Origin: an uncultured delta proteobacterium
GTDB lineage: Bacteria; Desulfobacterota; Syntrophorhabdia; Syntrophorhabdales; WCHB1-27
DNA: 64,000 nucleotides
Assembly: GCA_963810935.1 (NCBI GenBank)
Contig: CAWEPK010000010.1
Coordinates: 96,001-160,000 of the forward strand
Direction: 5' to 3'
Translations under genes and position numbers: made by a program
In this document: in pieces, positions 1 through 8,950 of the stretch
How positions within the stretch are numbered: the stretch's first letter is position 1
Layout of the letters: every line of letters starts with the position of its first letter
The notes under the pieces: generated by a model
What the model was told of the DNA's origin: nothing
Database searches by the model: none
Seen by the model: only the letters and a program-made list of their open reading frames with translations

Positions 1-908
1 AACCTTTTCTGTTACCCCTGCCCTTACCATATTTCTGATCGCTGTTCTTCTAAGATCGTGGAAGAGTCTCCCTGGTATTCTCGCCCGATCACATGCATTC
101 TCCCAGGCTTCACGCATGTCTCTTATCCGCTTTCCCTTACGAAAGAATACATATTCGCAGAGAGGATACTGGGAATCTCTTATCGTCTGCTGTCTCAGCA
201 TCGTTTCGTATAGCTCCCCGCCCATGTAGACTATCCGTGCCTCGTCGTTCTTCGTCGTCCCTGCATCCAGGGTTACCTTCTTCTCGAAGATGTTCATCTG
301 GTCCCACTTGAGCGATAATATCTCCTCTTTCCGCATGCCAGTGAAATACCCCATTACAAGAACGGGCCGGAGATATTCTGGCAGTTGCTCCTTCAGCTTT
401 TCAAAATCCGCATACTCGAAATAGCCGGTTCTCACGTTGTTCTCTTTCAGCCTAGGAATATGGGGAACCTGTCCAACCTTGGCCGGGGTAGTTTGCGCCC
501 CAAGCGTAAACATCCTCTTTAATGCTGCCAACTCTCGGTTGATAGTACCGTTTGCCGCGCCCGCCTCTTGCCTTTCAACAATGTAGTTCTTTATGCGGAA
601 CGTGGTGATTTCGGCAACCCGGTTGCCTTTGAATTTCTTTTCAAGGTGAGCCTTCAGTTCCTCTGCCCTCTGAAGGGATTTTCGACCGTTCATCTTATAA
701 TCGGTTATGAAATCAGCCGCGATCTCGTCGAACTTGATGCGCTCGATTTGCAGCCCCTTGAATCGCCCCTCGACTATTTCCCCTTCCCTTTCTTCAATAC
801 TGCCTTGGCATCGGTTTCTTTCCGCGAATGACTGCTTTCCCTGTAGGGCTTGCCGTGCCGGTAATACTTAATCCAGTATGTTTTACCTCTGAGATAAATC
901 ATTCCCAT
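1..908 (-). CDS. int: Tyrosine recombinase/phage integrase (3' end runs off the window)
   Basis: Manual translation from ATG at 908: [25 protein letters not shown]...[13 protein letters not shown]...[13 protein letters not shown]...[17 protein letters not shown] (catalytic R and HxxR motifs); absent from the ORF track because it has no stop in the window. Confidence 0.95.
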
Positions 909-1155
909 GGCCCTTTACCTCCTTTCTCGTTTTCGTTTCCTTCACTCCCTTCTCGGCATTCATTGCCTCAATACCCGCAAGGGCAAGACCCAGGAAAGAT
1001 GGAATCTCTCTTGTCCCGGTCTCCCAGCGAGCTACCGTCACTCTGGACACTCTCAAAGCAGCCGCAAGTTTCATTTGACTATACTTGTTCACCTCCCTCC
1101 ATAGTTTTAGGTCTTCCGGCGTCATGAATAGTAGCCAACGGCGAAGTGTTTCCAT
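883..1155 (-). CDS. XRE-family helix-turn-helix regulator (alternative start 1125)
   Basis: LKLWRE...SQMKLAAALRVSRVTVARWETGTREIP is a Cro/C1-type HTH; overlaps the integrase start. Confidence 0.85.
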   Translation of the reverse strand: METLRRWLLFMTPEDLKLWREVNKYSQMKLAAALRVSRVTVARWETGTREIPSFLGLALAGIEAMNAEKGVKETKTRKEVKGHGNDLSQR

Positions 1156-1215
1156 ATCCTATCTCCTTCCTCAATATTGTAACCAGTGGCTACACTGTTG
1201 TCAACAAGAATTCTT

Positions 1216-1455
1216 TCAGAAGGTAAAGCTGGTTTTGTTCCGCTCAATATAGTCATCCATGTCTTTTACGTCGAGAAGCACACGGCGGCCGTCTCTGACT
1301 GTGATGATCTTCCCATCCCATATGATCTGCCACAAGGCGTTTACTGTCCGCCCTAAGTAATAGGCGGCTTCATGGACAGTATAGAGCCTCTTGACCGGTC
1401 CTTTCGGATTCTTCCGATCTACTTTGTACTTGTTTAGCCGCTCGGTCTTAGTCAT
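1216..1455 (-). CDS. xis: Excisionase-like HTH DNA-binding protein
   Basis: LYTVHEAAYYLGRTVNALWQIIWDGKI...RDGRRVLLDVKDMDDYIE matches the HTH_17/Xis pattern; upstream of the integrase. Confidence 0.85.
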   Translation of the reverse strand: MTKTERLNKYKVDRKNPKGPVKRLYTVHEAAYYLGRTVNALWQIIWDGKIITVRDGRRVLLDVKDMDDYIERNKTSFTF

Positions 1456-1650
1456 TTGCCCCTTACTGCTGTCGCCCCGCGCCGGATTCCTTATGCGATG
1501 CGGCCTTGAATAGCCTTGTCTTTCATTGCTTTCTGCCTGTCTGTGCCCGCCCCTGTGCCACTGCCAAAGCCCGGTTACCGCTTACTTTATCCCTTTTGTA
1601 TGGCAGGATTATCAGCAATATCAGGCATCATCACCCCTATTTAACCCTTA

Positions 1651-1750
1651 TGTACGGGGTGTTTATTGTATACCCCCGTATTGTACGTACTTTAGTACAT
1701 CAAGTACGGCTAGTAATTGTATACAATATATTGTACTTATTTATATACAT
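1651..1750. repeat. AT-rich cluster of TTGTA(T)AC/GTAC repeats and palindromes upstream of xis
   Basis: TACGGGG...CCCCGTA inverted repeat, ATTGTATACAAT palindrome, many GTAC copies within ~100 bp. Confidence 0.5.
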
Positions 1751-2325
1751 TAGACTAAAACTTCATTCCCGCTTTCGCCCTTGTTGTGGCCTATCTTTGG
1801 AGAACCACAAAAAAAGGGATACCGAATTAGACGCAGACTTCTTCATATAACGCTCCTATACACGGGATTTTGTATCAAATCGCGGTTCTTAAATCTGTTC
1901 GCTCTTACGGTTCGGCAAGAGCGATGGAGACTGTCGCGAAGACGATTTCCGAGGACGAAATACAAAAAAGGGTTTAAGAACTAATAAGCTCCTAAACCCT
2001 TTCATGGTTCTTATTTCTCGTCGCTTTTCGGGCCGGGAAGAACTGTCTCTGTCTTTTTCCCTTACCCAGTGACTTAACTAAAATAATCCGGCTTATGGCG
2101 ACTTGTCAAGATTGGGGGTCTGTTTTTCTCAACTACCCTGCGTTATCAGTCGATTACAAGAACGAAACCGATCATTGGCCTTTGGTCTCCTGAATTGTAA
2201 AAACCAAAACCCGTAATTACGGACGTTGGAAGAGAAAGCCGGAGTGCGTATCTATAACGAAGCGCGTAATAGGCAGATGTCGCGAGTTGAAGATTGCCAC
2301 AAATAAGCTCAAATATGGAATCAGG

Positions 2326-2622
2326 TTAGGTAAAGTCTTTTGGGTACGGTTTCCATTTATGCTCACAGGCTTGGCACACCATTTCAATCTTCTTTCTTCC
2401 GAGCATTACGACCAGCAGTCCCACAGGTCCCAACAAGAGCTCACCGACGGCAGCCTTGCCGAGGCCAAACCCCTTTTGGCCCGTCGCAATGTTCATGGAA
2501 CTACACTTTGGACATCGAATGTGGAGACCAGGAGCTTCCTCTCCACAGTGAGGACACGCGGGAGCACTTTTAGACACTTCTCTGCCGCATGTTTTGCATT
2601 TCACTAGTTCTGGCATTCGCAT
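2326..2622 (-). CDS. Zinc-ribbon protein with glycine-rich hydrophobic segment
   Basis: CKTC, CPHC, CPKC, CQAC pairs and GFGLGKAAVGELLLGPVGLL; GGAGG RBS before ATG 2622. Confidence 0.75.
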   Translation of the reverse strand: MRMPELVKCKTCGREVSKSAPACPHCGEEAPGLHIRCPKCSSMNIATGQKGFGLGKAAVGELLLGPVGLLVVMLGRKKIEMVCQACEHKWKPYPKDFT

Positions 2623-3522
2623 TTCCTCCCTAATACGCGGACGAGGCGACGTAATTGCGAAAGACAAAGAGGACAGCTACATTTTCGATCGGTGCTCGCC
2701 TTCTTCGCCCCACCAACCCATGCGTAATCATAGCCACCAGTAGCTTTGTATTGCAAAAGAAACTTTCATGGGCGCATTTTCGGGAAGAAATTTTTGGATG
2801 ACTTGGCACTTGTATGATAGGTGATGTTCCGACTTCTACTCCCGAATAAAGGCAAGCGCGGTATTACCTAAAGATGTTATGAAACGGTATTAAATGAGAA
2901 GATAAACCCCGCTTTCACCCAGAATAATTGTCAAATAGCGGGGTTCCGCTTTATTACACGGCCACTATTGTTCTCTCAGCAAAACACTGGCTTCCTTGAA
3001 TTGCCTTGCAATCGTTGGGTTTTGCTTATGCTGAAATCAATTATATATGCCTAAACCACCTCTCTCTTGCTCCAAAAAGACTCGATAAAATATTTGTGCA
3101 GATGCTTCGCGGTTTTCAGTATTTACTAGTAATGGGAGGAAGGGAGTTTTTTAAGCTATGCCGCCCTGTCGCATCGACTCCGGTTTTTCGATAAAGATAT
3201 TAAGGTAATAAATGCCTTTGAGCGTCCAGTTGGCAGGCATCGATTCAAACAGCTCATGGGCTTCACATAAATATATAGGATAGGCCATGCTGTAAGGCAT
3301 AGCCGCAAAGAGCCACGAACAAATCAGATAATCTCTCTCTTGTTCAAGTGCAAAGCATTGGCAGGTTAACCCGAATCGCTAACGCAGGGCCGGCTCGTCG
3401 GGTGAAGCACAATAGCGCCTGAGTCCCTCAGGTGTCTGGGCGGAGCTATACCCAAAATTAGCAGGCAACTTTTCGACCTCATTGAAACAGGAACACAGCG
3501 AAAATAAATAGGAGTAAAAACA

Positions 3523-4032
3523 ATGAACCAAACACTTAAGAGGACATGGACAGAATTGATGTCAAGGAATTCATTCGAGTGGTTTGCATCCCTCACATTT
3601 AGAGATCAGGTCTCTTCTTCTTATGCACGTAAGACTTATATCGATTGGATACGAAATCTCTGCGTTCAAGAGCACATGCAAGTCGCCTCAATGACTGTAT
3701 ATAATCCGTCTCCTCACCCACATTTGCACTCGGTCATTTTAGGAACTAACAAGGGCGGACGCGCACTGAATGATGTTTCTTGCCCCGAGTGGGAGAGAAA
3801 ATGGAATAGGAATCCGAAAGCAGCAAGAATCGAACTCATACGCGAGCTGAACGATGTCGCTGCTTATCTGGCATTCAAGAATCTTGATGTAAATTCCATT
3901 GATCCAGAAAATTGGTTTTCCTACAATCAGAAGCTTCTCATCAAAAAGCAAAATCCGAGAATAGACCTTCGGTATAATGACACGTACGGAGGGTCTGAAC
4001 GGGCATCCTCGGCCGTTGACAGTACATTATGA
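3523..4032 (+). CDS. HUH-endonuclease rolling-circle replication initiator-like protein
   Basis: Motif I WFASLTF, motif II PHLH (HUH), motif III-like AAYLAFK in the correct order; AGGAG RBS. Confidence 0.7.
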   Translation: MNQTLKRTWTELMSRNSFEWFASLTFRDQVSSSYARKTYIDWIRNLCVQEHMQVASMTVYNPSPHPHLHSVILGTNKGGRALNDVSCPEWERKWNRNPKAARIELIRELNDVAAYLAFKNLDVNSIDPENWFSYNQKLLIKKQNPRIDLRYNDTYGGSERASSAVDSTL

Positions 4033-4316
4033 CCGGGCTCGATGTTTAACGCCATTCCACCATTACCTTAACGGAAGTCAATCGGATTGTTTACGGTCAG
4101 GGCAGAGGGGGTCAATTATATCTGGTTGGTTGAGGACTTCACCTACAATCAGCGTCTTGTCGAGGACATCAGAGACCGAAGATTACCGATGAAAAGCGGG
4201 AACCAGAAACGCATGTCCGACGACCTACCGTTGGTATACCTGTCGAGGGAGTATGAGGTGCCTATGCACATGTGAACTACCGGGAGTGTTCAGGGGAAGA
4301 CTTCTTGTTGAATTTC

Positions 4317-5489
4317 TCAGCCTGCGTTCCACTTGCCATTCTCGTCAAACCAGCTTGACCGCTCATAACCACATGCGTTCCAAACTATATCAAACATGGG
4401 CTTCAAAAGTCGTTGCATATCCTCCTCGTATGTCTCGATTAGGGACTCAGGCAGTGATAGGATGTCCCTATCAATTGGATAACCAGAATCGAATTGATAT
4501 ATAGACCCTGGCTGAATTTGCCAACCCTTGACGCCGATAAACGTCAGAGAAACAAGGAATGGTGGCCTGATACTCAGGTCCTTTAATGCTCTAACATAAC
4601 TATCCACCGCCTGTGGCAATTCTTTCTCATAGCCAAGGCTTGGAAGAATCCGGCCTTCTCGATCCGCTCTCAGCCAAAACCCTTCAACCGCTTCGATGAT
4701 TCCGTTTCGATGCAGTTGCATATAGGATGTAGTGTTTCCTCCCGTTAGGAAATAAATTAGCAAGCCTTCCAAATTGATTCTGGGGTTAATAGCGCCAACC
4801 ATTCTGGAATTGACCGGCCACAAATTCTGTTTTTGACCCATACTTGATTTAATGTCGATAACAGTCTCCAAGTCAAAAGCCTCTAATGGTATTAGATGCA
4901 GTACGATCTTTCCACCGTGAATGAACGGTACTGGGGTATCATCCGAGACCAATTTCGCAATTCTTTCAGTCTTGAAGTCCCTAATCCGTTTAGATTGGGT
5001 TTCAGACAGATTAAACGCTGCTCTCAACTGCACTGTATCCAAAGGATATTTACCGGCGGAATTTCTGGCATAAAATTTGTCATGCCCCTTGAAGACAACC
5101 CTGTGGGGACCGATCCAACTTCTCTTAATTCGCAGGACAAGGGCTATCTTGCTTTGGCTCACCTTCACCGGATGAATTGTCACTTGAATCCGAGGTTCAA
5201 TTCCATCCTGAATAAGGCTATCGTACCTTCTTTTCTCTTCGTCGATGTTCTGGGCAGTCACGCCCACAATCTCAACGGGTATGCCGTCTTTTTCCTTAAC
5301 TCCATAGATCAGGTCTCCACCGGATGTGTTGGCAAAAGACGATACGTCTGACAGAAACTCCTTTCGGTCGGAGTCAGTTTTCCCCGGCAATTCAAGCTTA
5401 TACTCTATAGATTTGCCTTCCATTACGCTGTTGTCAACGAGGTGCTGCAAGTCGGTTTGGTTAATTTCCTCCAAAGGTTTGTTCAACAT
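4317..5489 (-). CDS. Schlafen/AlbA_2-domain protein (~390 aa)
   Basis: EGKSIEYK and DVSSFANTSGGDLIYGV are AlbA_2 signature motifs; likely start MLNKPL at 5489. Confidence 0.9.
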   Translation of the reverse strand: MLNKPLEEINQTDLQHLVDNSVMEGKSIEYKLELPGKTDSDRKEFLSDVSSFANTSGGDLIYGVKEKDGIPVEIVGVTAQNIDEEKRRYDSLIQDGIEPRIQVTIHPVKVSQSKIALVLRIKRSWIGPHRVVFKGHDKFYARNSAGKYPLDTVQLRAAFNLSETQSKRIRDFKTERIAKLVSDDTPVPFIHGGKIVLHLIPLEAFDLETVIDIKSSMGQKQNLWPVNSRMVGAINPRINLEGLLIYFLTGGNTTSYMQLHRNGIIEAVEGFWLRADREGRILPSLGYEKELPQAVDSYVRALKDLSIRPPFLVSLTFIGVKGWQIQPGSIYQFDSGYPIDRDILSLPESLIETYEEDMQRLLKPMFDIVWNACGYERSSWFDENGKWNAG

Positions 5490-5669
5490 ATTACCCCCAT
5501 TGAATGCGCGGCTTATCTTGATCTGGCACTTTTTGCTATTCTCATATTTTGTCGATACCCCGTCAAAGAAGACCCCAGCCGTAGCACTATCGCAGGTCAG
5601 AAAGACAGTACGAAGCACCGCTCTTGTCAAAACCTCCCTTTCAGGAAGTTCGTCTCTATCGGCACCATC

Positions 5670-7028
5670 TCATGCCGATTGCCCTCCCCTCCGAGCGGAA
5701 GGTGAAACCCCGTAGTACTCGCGGAGCAACTTCTGTTGATATTTTCTTATCTTCTCGGTTTCTCCAGCTTCAGAATACTCTATGAGACGCTGAACATTTT
5801 GGTTTTTTAAAGGAAGGCTATTCAGTTCGTGCTTCGTGACCAATTCGTGCCAAATGCTTAAAGGCTTACTTTGAGCCAGCTTATCAAGTATTCTTACATC
5901 GCCCGGTAAGCACTGATTCAAATAGTACTGCCATTGTTCGCGGCTGAAACGGTCAAGAATTGCGGAAGCAATTGGTGTAGCGTTGTAGCTCTGCCCGTAA
6001 AAGTTTCCAAGTCTTACAGCCAGAATCGCCGAGGCGCACATCGAAAATGCGGCTGTAGGAATCCTGGAGCCGAGTTTTGAGAGCACTCTCATAGGAGCTG
6101 CCTCATTGAAGAAGTTGTTCATTCCCTCGTGGGCCTTTATAACGTCCTGTGCAGCTCTTATGTATGAATCCGATCGAAGAGTCTCTGGGACGTAATCGAA
6201 TCCACCCACCTTCAGTAAAGCCACTTTCAACCCGGCCATTGCAGTGCTTTGGCCAGCGGCGTGAACCTCCGCGTAAGCGTGACCGGTCTGCCACCGCTCT
6301 GTATCTCTCAACGTCGGCCAAAGTAACGGAATGATGACGTTAAAATTAGCAAGGGCATTCTCTAACTGTGCGCCCGCCTTCTTTCTTATGGTCGATAATA
6401 GCACACTGATTGTAAGTTTCTTAAAAAAATATGGCGAAGACAGCAAAGAGGATACGCGCTGATCTTCCGCCGACAACGTTTCCGATTCGACGGCATTACG
6501 AAATTCAACAAACTTCGTAGCAACTTCTACACGCGGCTGCCCCAGAATATTCCTTACGCACGCCTTTATTATCTGGCTCGCTTCATTCTGCTCCATCTCA
6601 ATTTCTTCGCTCTCGATCATTTCCGGATCAAGCTTTGAGAAGTGAACAACTGTTTCATGAGCGTGTTTGAGGCGCATCGCCTCTGTTCGAGAAACAATAC
6701 CTAACTCTTCGGCAAGCTGGATCGCTTCCTTATCGGTTACTACGTCAGCCACATTGTCATATTCGGTCAAGTCTGGTTTATTGATCATCTCGCCCAAAAG
6801 ACGCATGCCTAGACTTTCCAATTCTCTTTTGAGGCTTGCCATGGCTTTGGACCAAACAAAACTGGACACCATCTCGTAACTTCCCGCCTGAAACGCCTGG
6901 GAGATTTGTCGCTTATCACGTTGGGTCAACTGGCCTGCATATCCCAAGACATCAGGAAGGGCGTTGACGTTGGAAGGTAAAACTGCGACGCCGTCTGGTT
7001 GCCATAGGGCCATAGAGTTATCTGTCAA
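5670..7028 (-). CDS. Hypothetical 452-aa helical protein with HEPN-like N-terminal region
   Basis: Long ORF; TTG start overlaps the upstream TGA (TTGA); AFQAGSYEMVSSFVW...AEELGIVSRTEAMRLKHAHETVVHF resembles HEPN helices with a degenerate RxxxxH. Confidence 0.7.
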   Translation of the reverse strand: MTDNSMALWQPDGVAVLPSNVNALPDVLGYAGQLTQRDKRQISQAFQAGSYEMVSSFVWSKAMASLKRELESLGMRLLGEMINKPDLTEYDNVADVVTDKEAIQLAEELGIVSRTEAMRLKHAHETVVHFSKLDPEMIESEEIEMEQNEASQIIKACVRNILGQPRVEVATKFVEFRNAVESETLSAEDQRVSSLLSSPYFFKKLTISVLLSTIRKKAGAQLENALANFNVIIPLLWPTLRDTERWQTGHAYAEVHAAGQSTAMAGLKVALLKVGGFDYVPETLRSDSYIRAAQDVIKAHEGMNNFFNEAAPMRVLSKLGSRIPTAAFSMCASAILAVRLGNFYGQSYNATPIASAILDRFSREQWQYYLNQCLPGDVRILDKLAQSKPLSIWHELVTKHELNSLPLKNQNVQRLIEYSEAGETEKIRKYQQKLLREYYGVSPSARRGGQSA

Positions 7029-8044
7029 GATACCCTCCTAAAATCCGTCCATCCGTCTTGAGACCTAATGAATACGGCGCTGACCCCTTTTCCGAGCCTT
7101 GCCGTCAACGTATCGAATGCTCGCCTTCGTCCTCCTCCCGCTGCCCGCCCCGCCTTGTTCGAGTATTTTATGAAACATCCATAAGCCAACAGTCGGGCAT
7201 CTCGGGTGAAAACAACTATACCGTCCGAACCAATCATTCCGGTCAACAACGCGGATGCGGACAAAAGAGAATAAGGCATAATTCTAGTCTTCTGCGCTTG
7301 CCGAACTTTTGCGAGGAAATCAATCGGAGCTTCAAGAATCACGCCGTCAGTAAGCAATTTAGGAACTGTATGGGCCGGACAAACTGCTATAAGAGTGCCA
7401 TGACATTCAGCCAAAGCCCGGCTAAGGCACCTACTTAAATAGGTCATCACCGGCTCTCTTTCGCCCACGGGGCACCTTTCACAGATGATCTGAACCAGGT
7501 TTTGGGCAAATTCGGTTGGCGGCAATTCACTTTCTTTCTTGTGGGATAGAAAAACGTTGTACGTTTCGCCTATATGATTCCTTATTTCCACACAGTCTTC
7601 CGCGATTTGATAGGCCCGCACGAGCTTTATACTCCCGTCGCCTGACGATAACAGTGTTTCGGCAATCGGCACCGAAAGAGGGCTTCCGCTATCGCGAAAG
7701 ACGCCAAATCTAATGTTTTCCCCCTTGCCTTCGACAAAAATGCACCATCCGTCGATAGCAAGTGTCGCGCATCTCTTGAGAACCTTTCCGATGAAGTCTT
7801 CGCTTAACGTTGTATTACCGATATAGACAATCTCATGTTCGGGAATAAGGTGGAGAACCTGCTCAACGTCAGTACACAGATAGATCTCTGGAGTTAACCT
7901 AGCCCCCTCTTCCTTATATCGGGCAAGGGTCACGATTAGCTCAGCCAGGGTGTTCGGCCGAACCAGCGGCTGCATACCTGATGCTTCGCAGAAGTCATTC
8001 ACGCTGCCCGCTAGATGCGTTCTAAACGTGATGTTTCGCGGCAT
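7025..8044 (-). CDS. Divergent DisA_N/DAC (diadenylate-cyclase-like) domain protein with N-terminal extension
   Basis: C-terminal HGTLIAV...SDGIVVF...LLAYGCFI...GGGRRRAF...AVFIRSQDG parallels DAC motifs (GALIV, DGA, GTRHRAA, VSEE/SQDG); GGAGG RBS before ATG 8044. Confidence 0.75.
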   Translation of the reverse strand: MPRNITFRTHLAGSVNDFCEASGMQPLVRPNTLAELIVTLARYKEEGARLTPEIYLCTDVEQVLHLIPEHEIVYIGNTTLSEDFIGKVLKRCATLAIDGWCIFVEGKGENIRFGVFRDSGSPLSVPIAETLLSSGDGSIKLVRAYQIAEDCVEIRNHIGETYNVFLSHKKESELPPTEFAQNLVQIICERCPVGEREPVMTYLSRCLSRALAECHGTLIAVCPAHTVPKLLTDGVILEAPIDFLAKVRQAQKTRIMPYSLLSASALLTGMIGSDGIVVFTRDARLLAYGCFIKYSNKAGRAAGGGRRRAFDTLTARLGKGVSAVFIRSQDGWTDFRRVS

Positions 8045-8244
8045 TAGACCTCCAATTGCCTTGCAGGAACAGAATGGCGGGCAAGGGGACGGCTTCACTT
8101 TTTTGCTCGCCCCCTGTGCCTTCCCGTCCATTTATTGATTACCACTCACATTCGGTTTATGCAAGAGAAACTTGAACATTATCTATTTCGGGAAGGAGGT
8201 CTTGTACGATCGCGCACTTCAGGTAGACTCATGAATTCCATGGA

Positions 8245-8281
8245 AGAAAAGGGGGTAGCACCACCGAGGACGCTACCTCCA
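8245..8281 (-). terminator. Probable intrinsic terminator
   Basis: Minus strand GGAGGTAGC-loop-GCTACCCCC followed by TTTTCTT. Confidence 0.45.
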
Positions 8282-8472
8282 ATGTGTGTGAAGTAACTAT
8301 GAGTTTAACCGTCCATTATCGTGATGTCCACCCCCGCCAACCTTATTACAGTTCTCAGTTTTCGTCGAAACGGCCCATCAAGGTGAATCGTCATGCGGCA
8401 ACGAACAACCCTTGTAAATAGACTGGCAGTCATAAGGCCTGGGGTTCGGTCCCCTTAAGTTAAAGGTGTCCA

Positions 8473-8491
8473 TGTGCCCATTTTTGTGCCC
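8473..8491. repeat. TGTGCCC direct repeat, candidate integrase arm-type site
   Basis: TGTGCCC-ATTTT-TGTGCCC about 130 bp inside the att core. Confidence 0.45.
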
Positions 8492-8622
8492 GCCACTGGG
8501 AGTCAAGAGCTGATTTTGGATGACTCCAGGTGACACACCGTAAAATAGTAAGGCGCTATAGTCGCTGGAATTATTAGGAAAGAGAGGAGATTACGGTAAG
8601 TCCGCTATTTGGCCGCCGTGTT

Positions 8623-8679
8623 CTCAAAATCCGGTGGGGCTTACACCCCGTACGGGTTCGATTCCCGTCTTCGGCACTA
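8623..8679 (+). other. att site: 3' half of tRNA-Leu(CAA) (not a complete tRNA)
   Basis: CTCAAAATCCGG anticodon loop and stem 3' side, variable arm GGGG-CTTACA-CCCC, T arm ACGGG-TTCGATT-CCCGT, acceptor 3' strand CTTCGGCA; no matching 5' GCCGAAG or D arm upstream. Confidence 0.85.
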
Positions 8680-8708
8680 GTTTCTGAGCCATCAGCGTTT
8701 CTCCGCTT

Positions 8709-8880
8709 TCACCGAACGTAACACTTTTGTAACACTCGGTGTTTTCCAGATAATTCATCGAGCGCCCGCATGGCAGGTGTGGTGCTCTCCAGGGCGTGGT
8801 GCGCATAACGCAGCGTCATCTGCGGCCCCTTGTGGCCGAGGATCTTCCGGACCCGATAGAGATCGACCCCGTACTTCTGA
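8709..8880 (-). pseudogene. C-terminal remnant of a second tyrosine integrase
   Basis: GVDLYRVRKILGHKGPQMTLRYAH has the LGH...T..Y catalytic end; GTAACAC-TTTT-GTAACAC repeat at 8718-8735. Confidence 0.8.
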
Positions 8881-8950
8881 GGAGAAACGGCTCGTCGTCG
8901 ATGACGAGGATGCGCCACTTCTCTTTGGCAATCGGCTGTGGTTTCTGCAT
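8878..8950 (-). pseudogene. N-terminal fragment of a response-regulator receiver domain
   Basis: ATG 8950 gives MQKPQPIAKEKWRILVIDDEPFLL (ILVIDDEP receiver beta1 motif) and then runs out of frame into the integrase remnant. Confidence 0.6.

Larger units (their letters stand above)
1..8679. mobile_element. Integrative element / genomic island inserted at tRNA-Leu(CAA); left end lies outside the window
   Basis: Integrase, xis and HUH Rep at left; the 3' half of a tRNA-Leu forms the right boundary (att core); visibly more AT-rich than sequence after ~9.3 kb. Confidence 0.85.

Noticed and set aside
4029..4275. Gene downstream of Rep
   Set aside because: The ATG overlapping the Rep stop closes after 6 codons; the 62-aa ORF has a TTG start and no recognisable motif
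7025..8044. Housekeeping DisA/CdaA
   Set aside because: No HhH domain or TM helices, RHR changed to RRR, and located in island cargo
8306..8395. 29-codon minus-strand ORF (MTIHLDGPFRRKL...) before a terminator, as a type I toxin
   Set aside because: Not hydrophobic, no clear RBS and no antisense partner evident
8590..8679. Intact tRNA-Leu gene
   Set aside because: Only the anticodon loop to 3' end is present; no 5' acceptor strand or D arm, so it is treated as an att remnant
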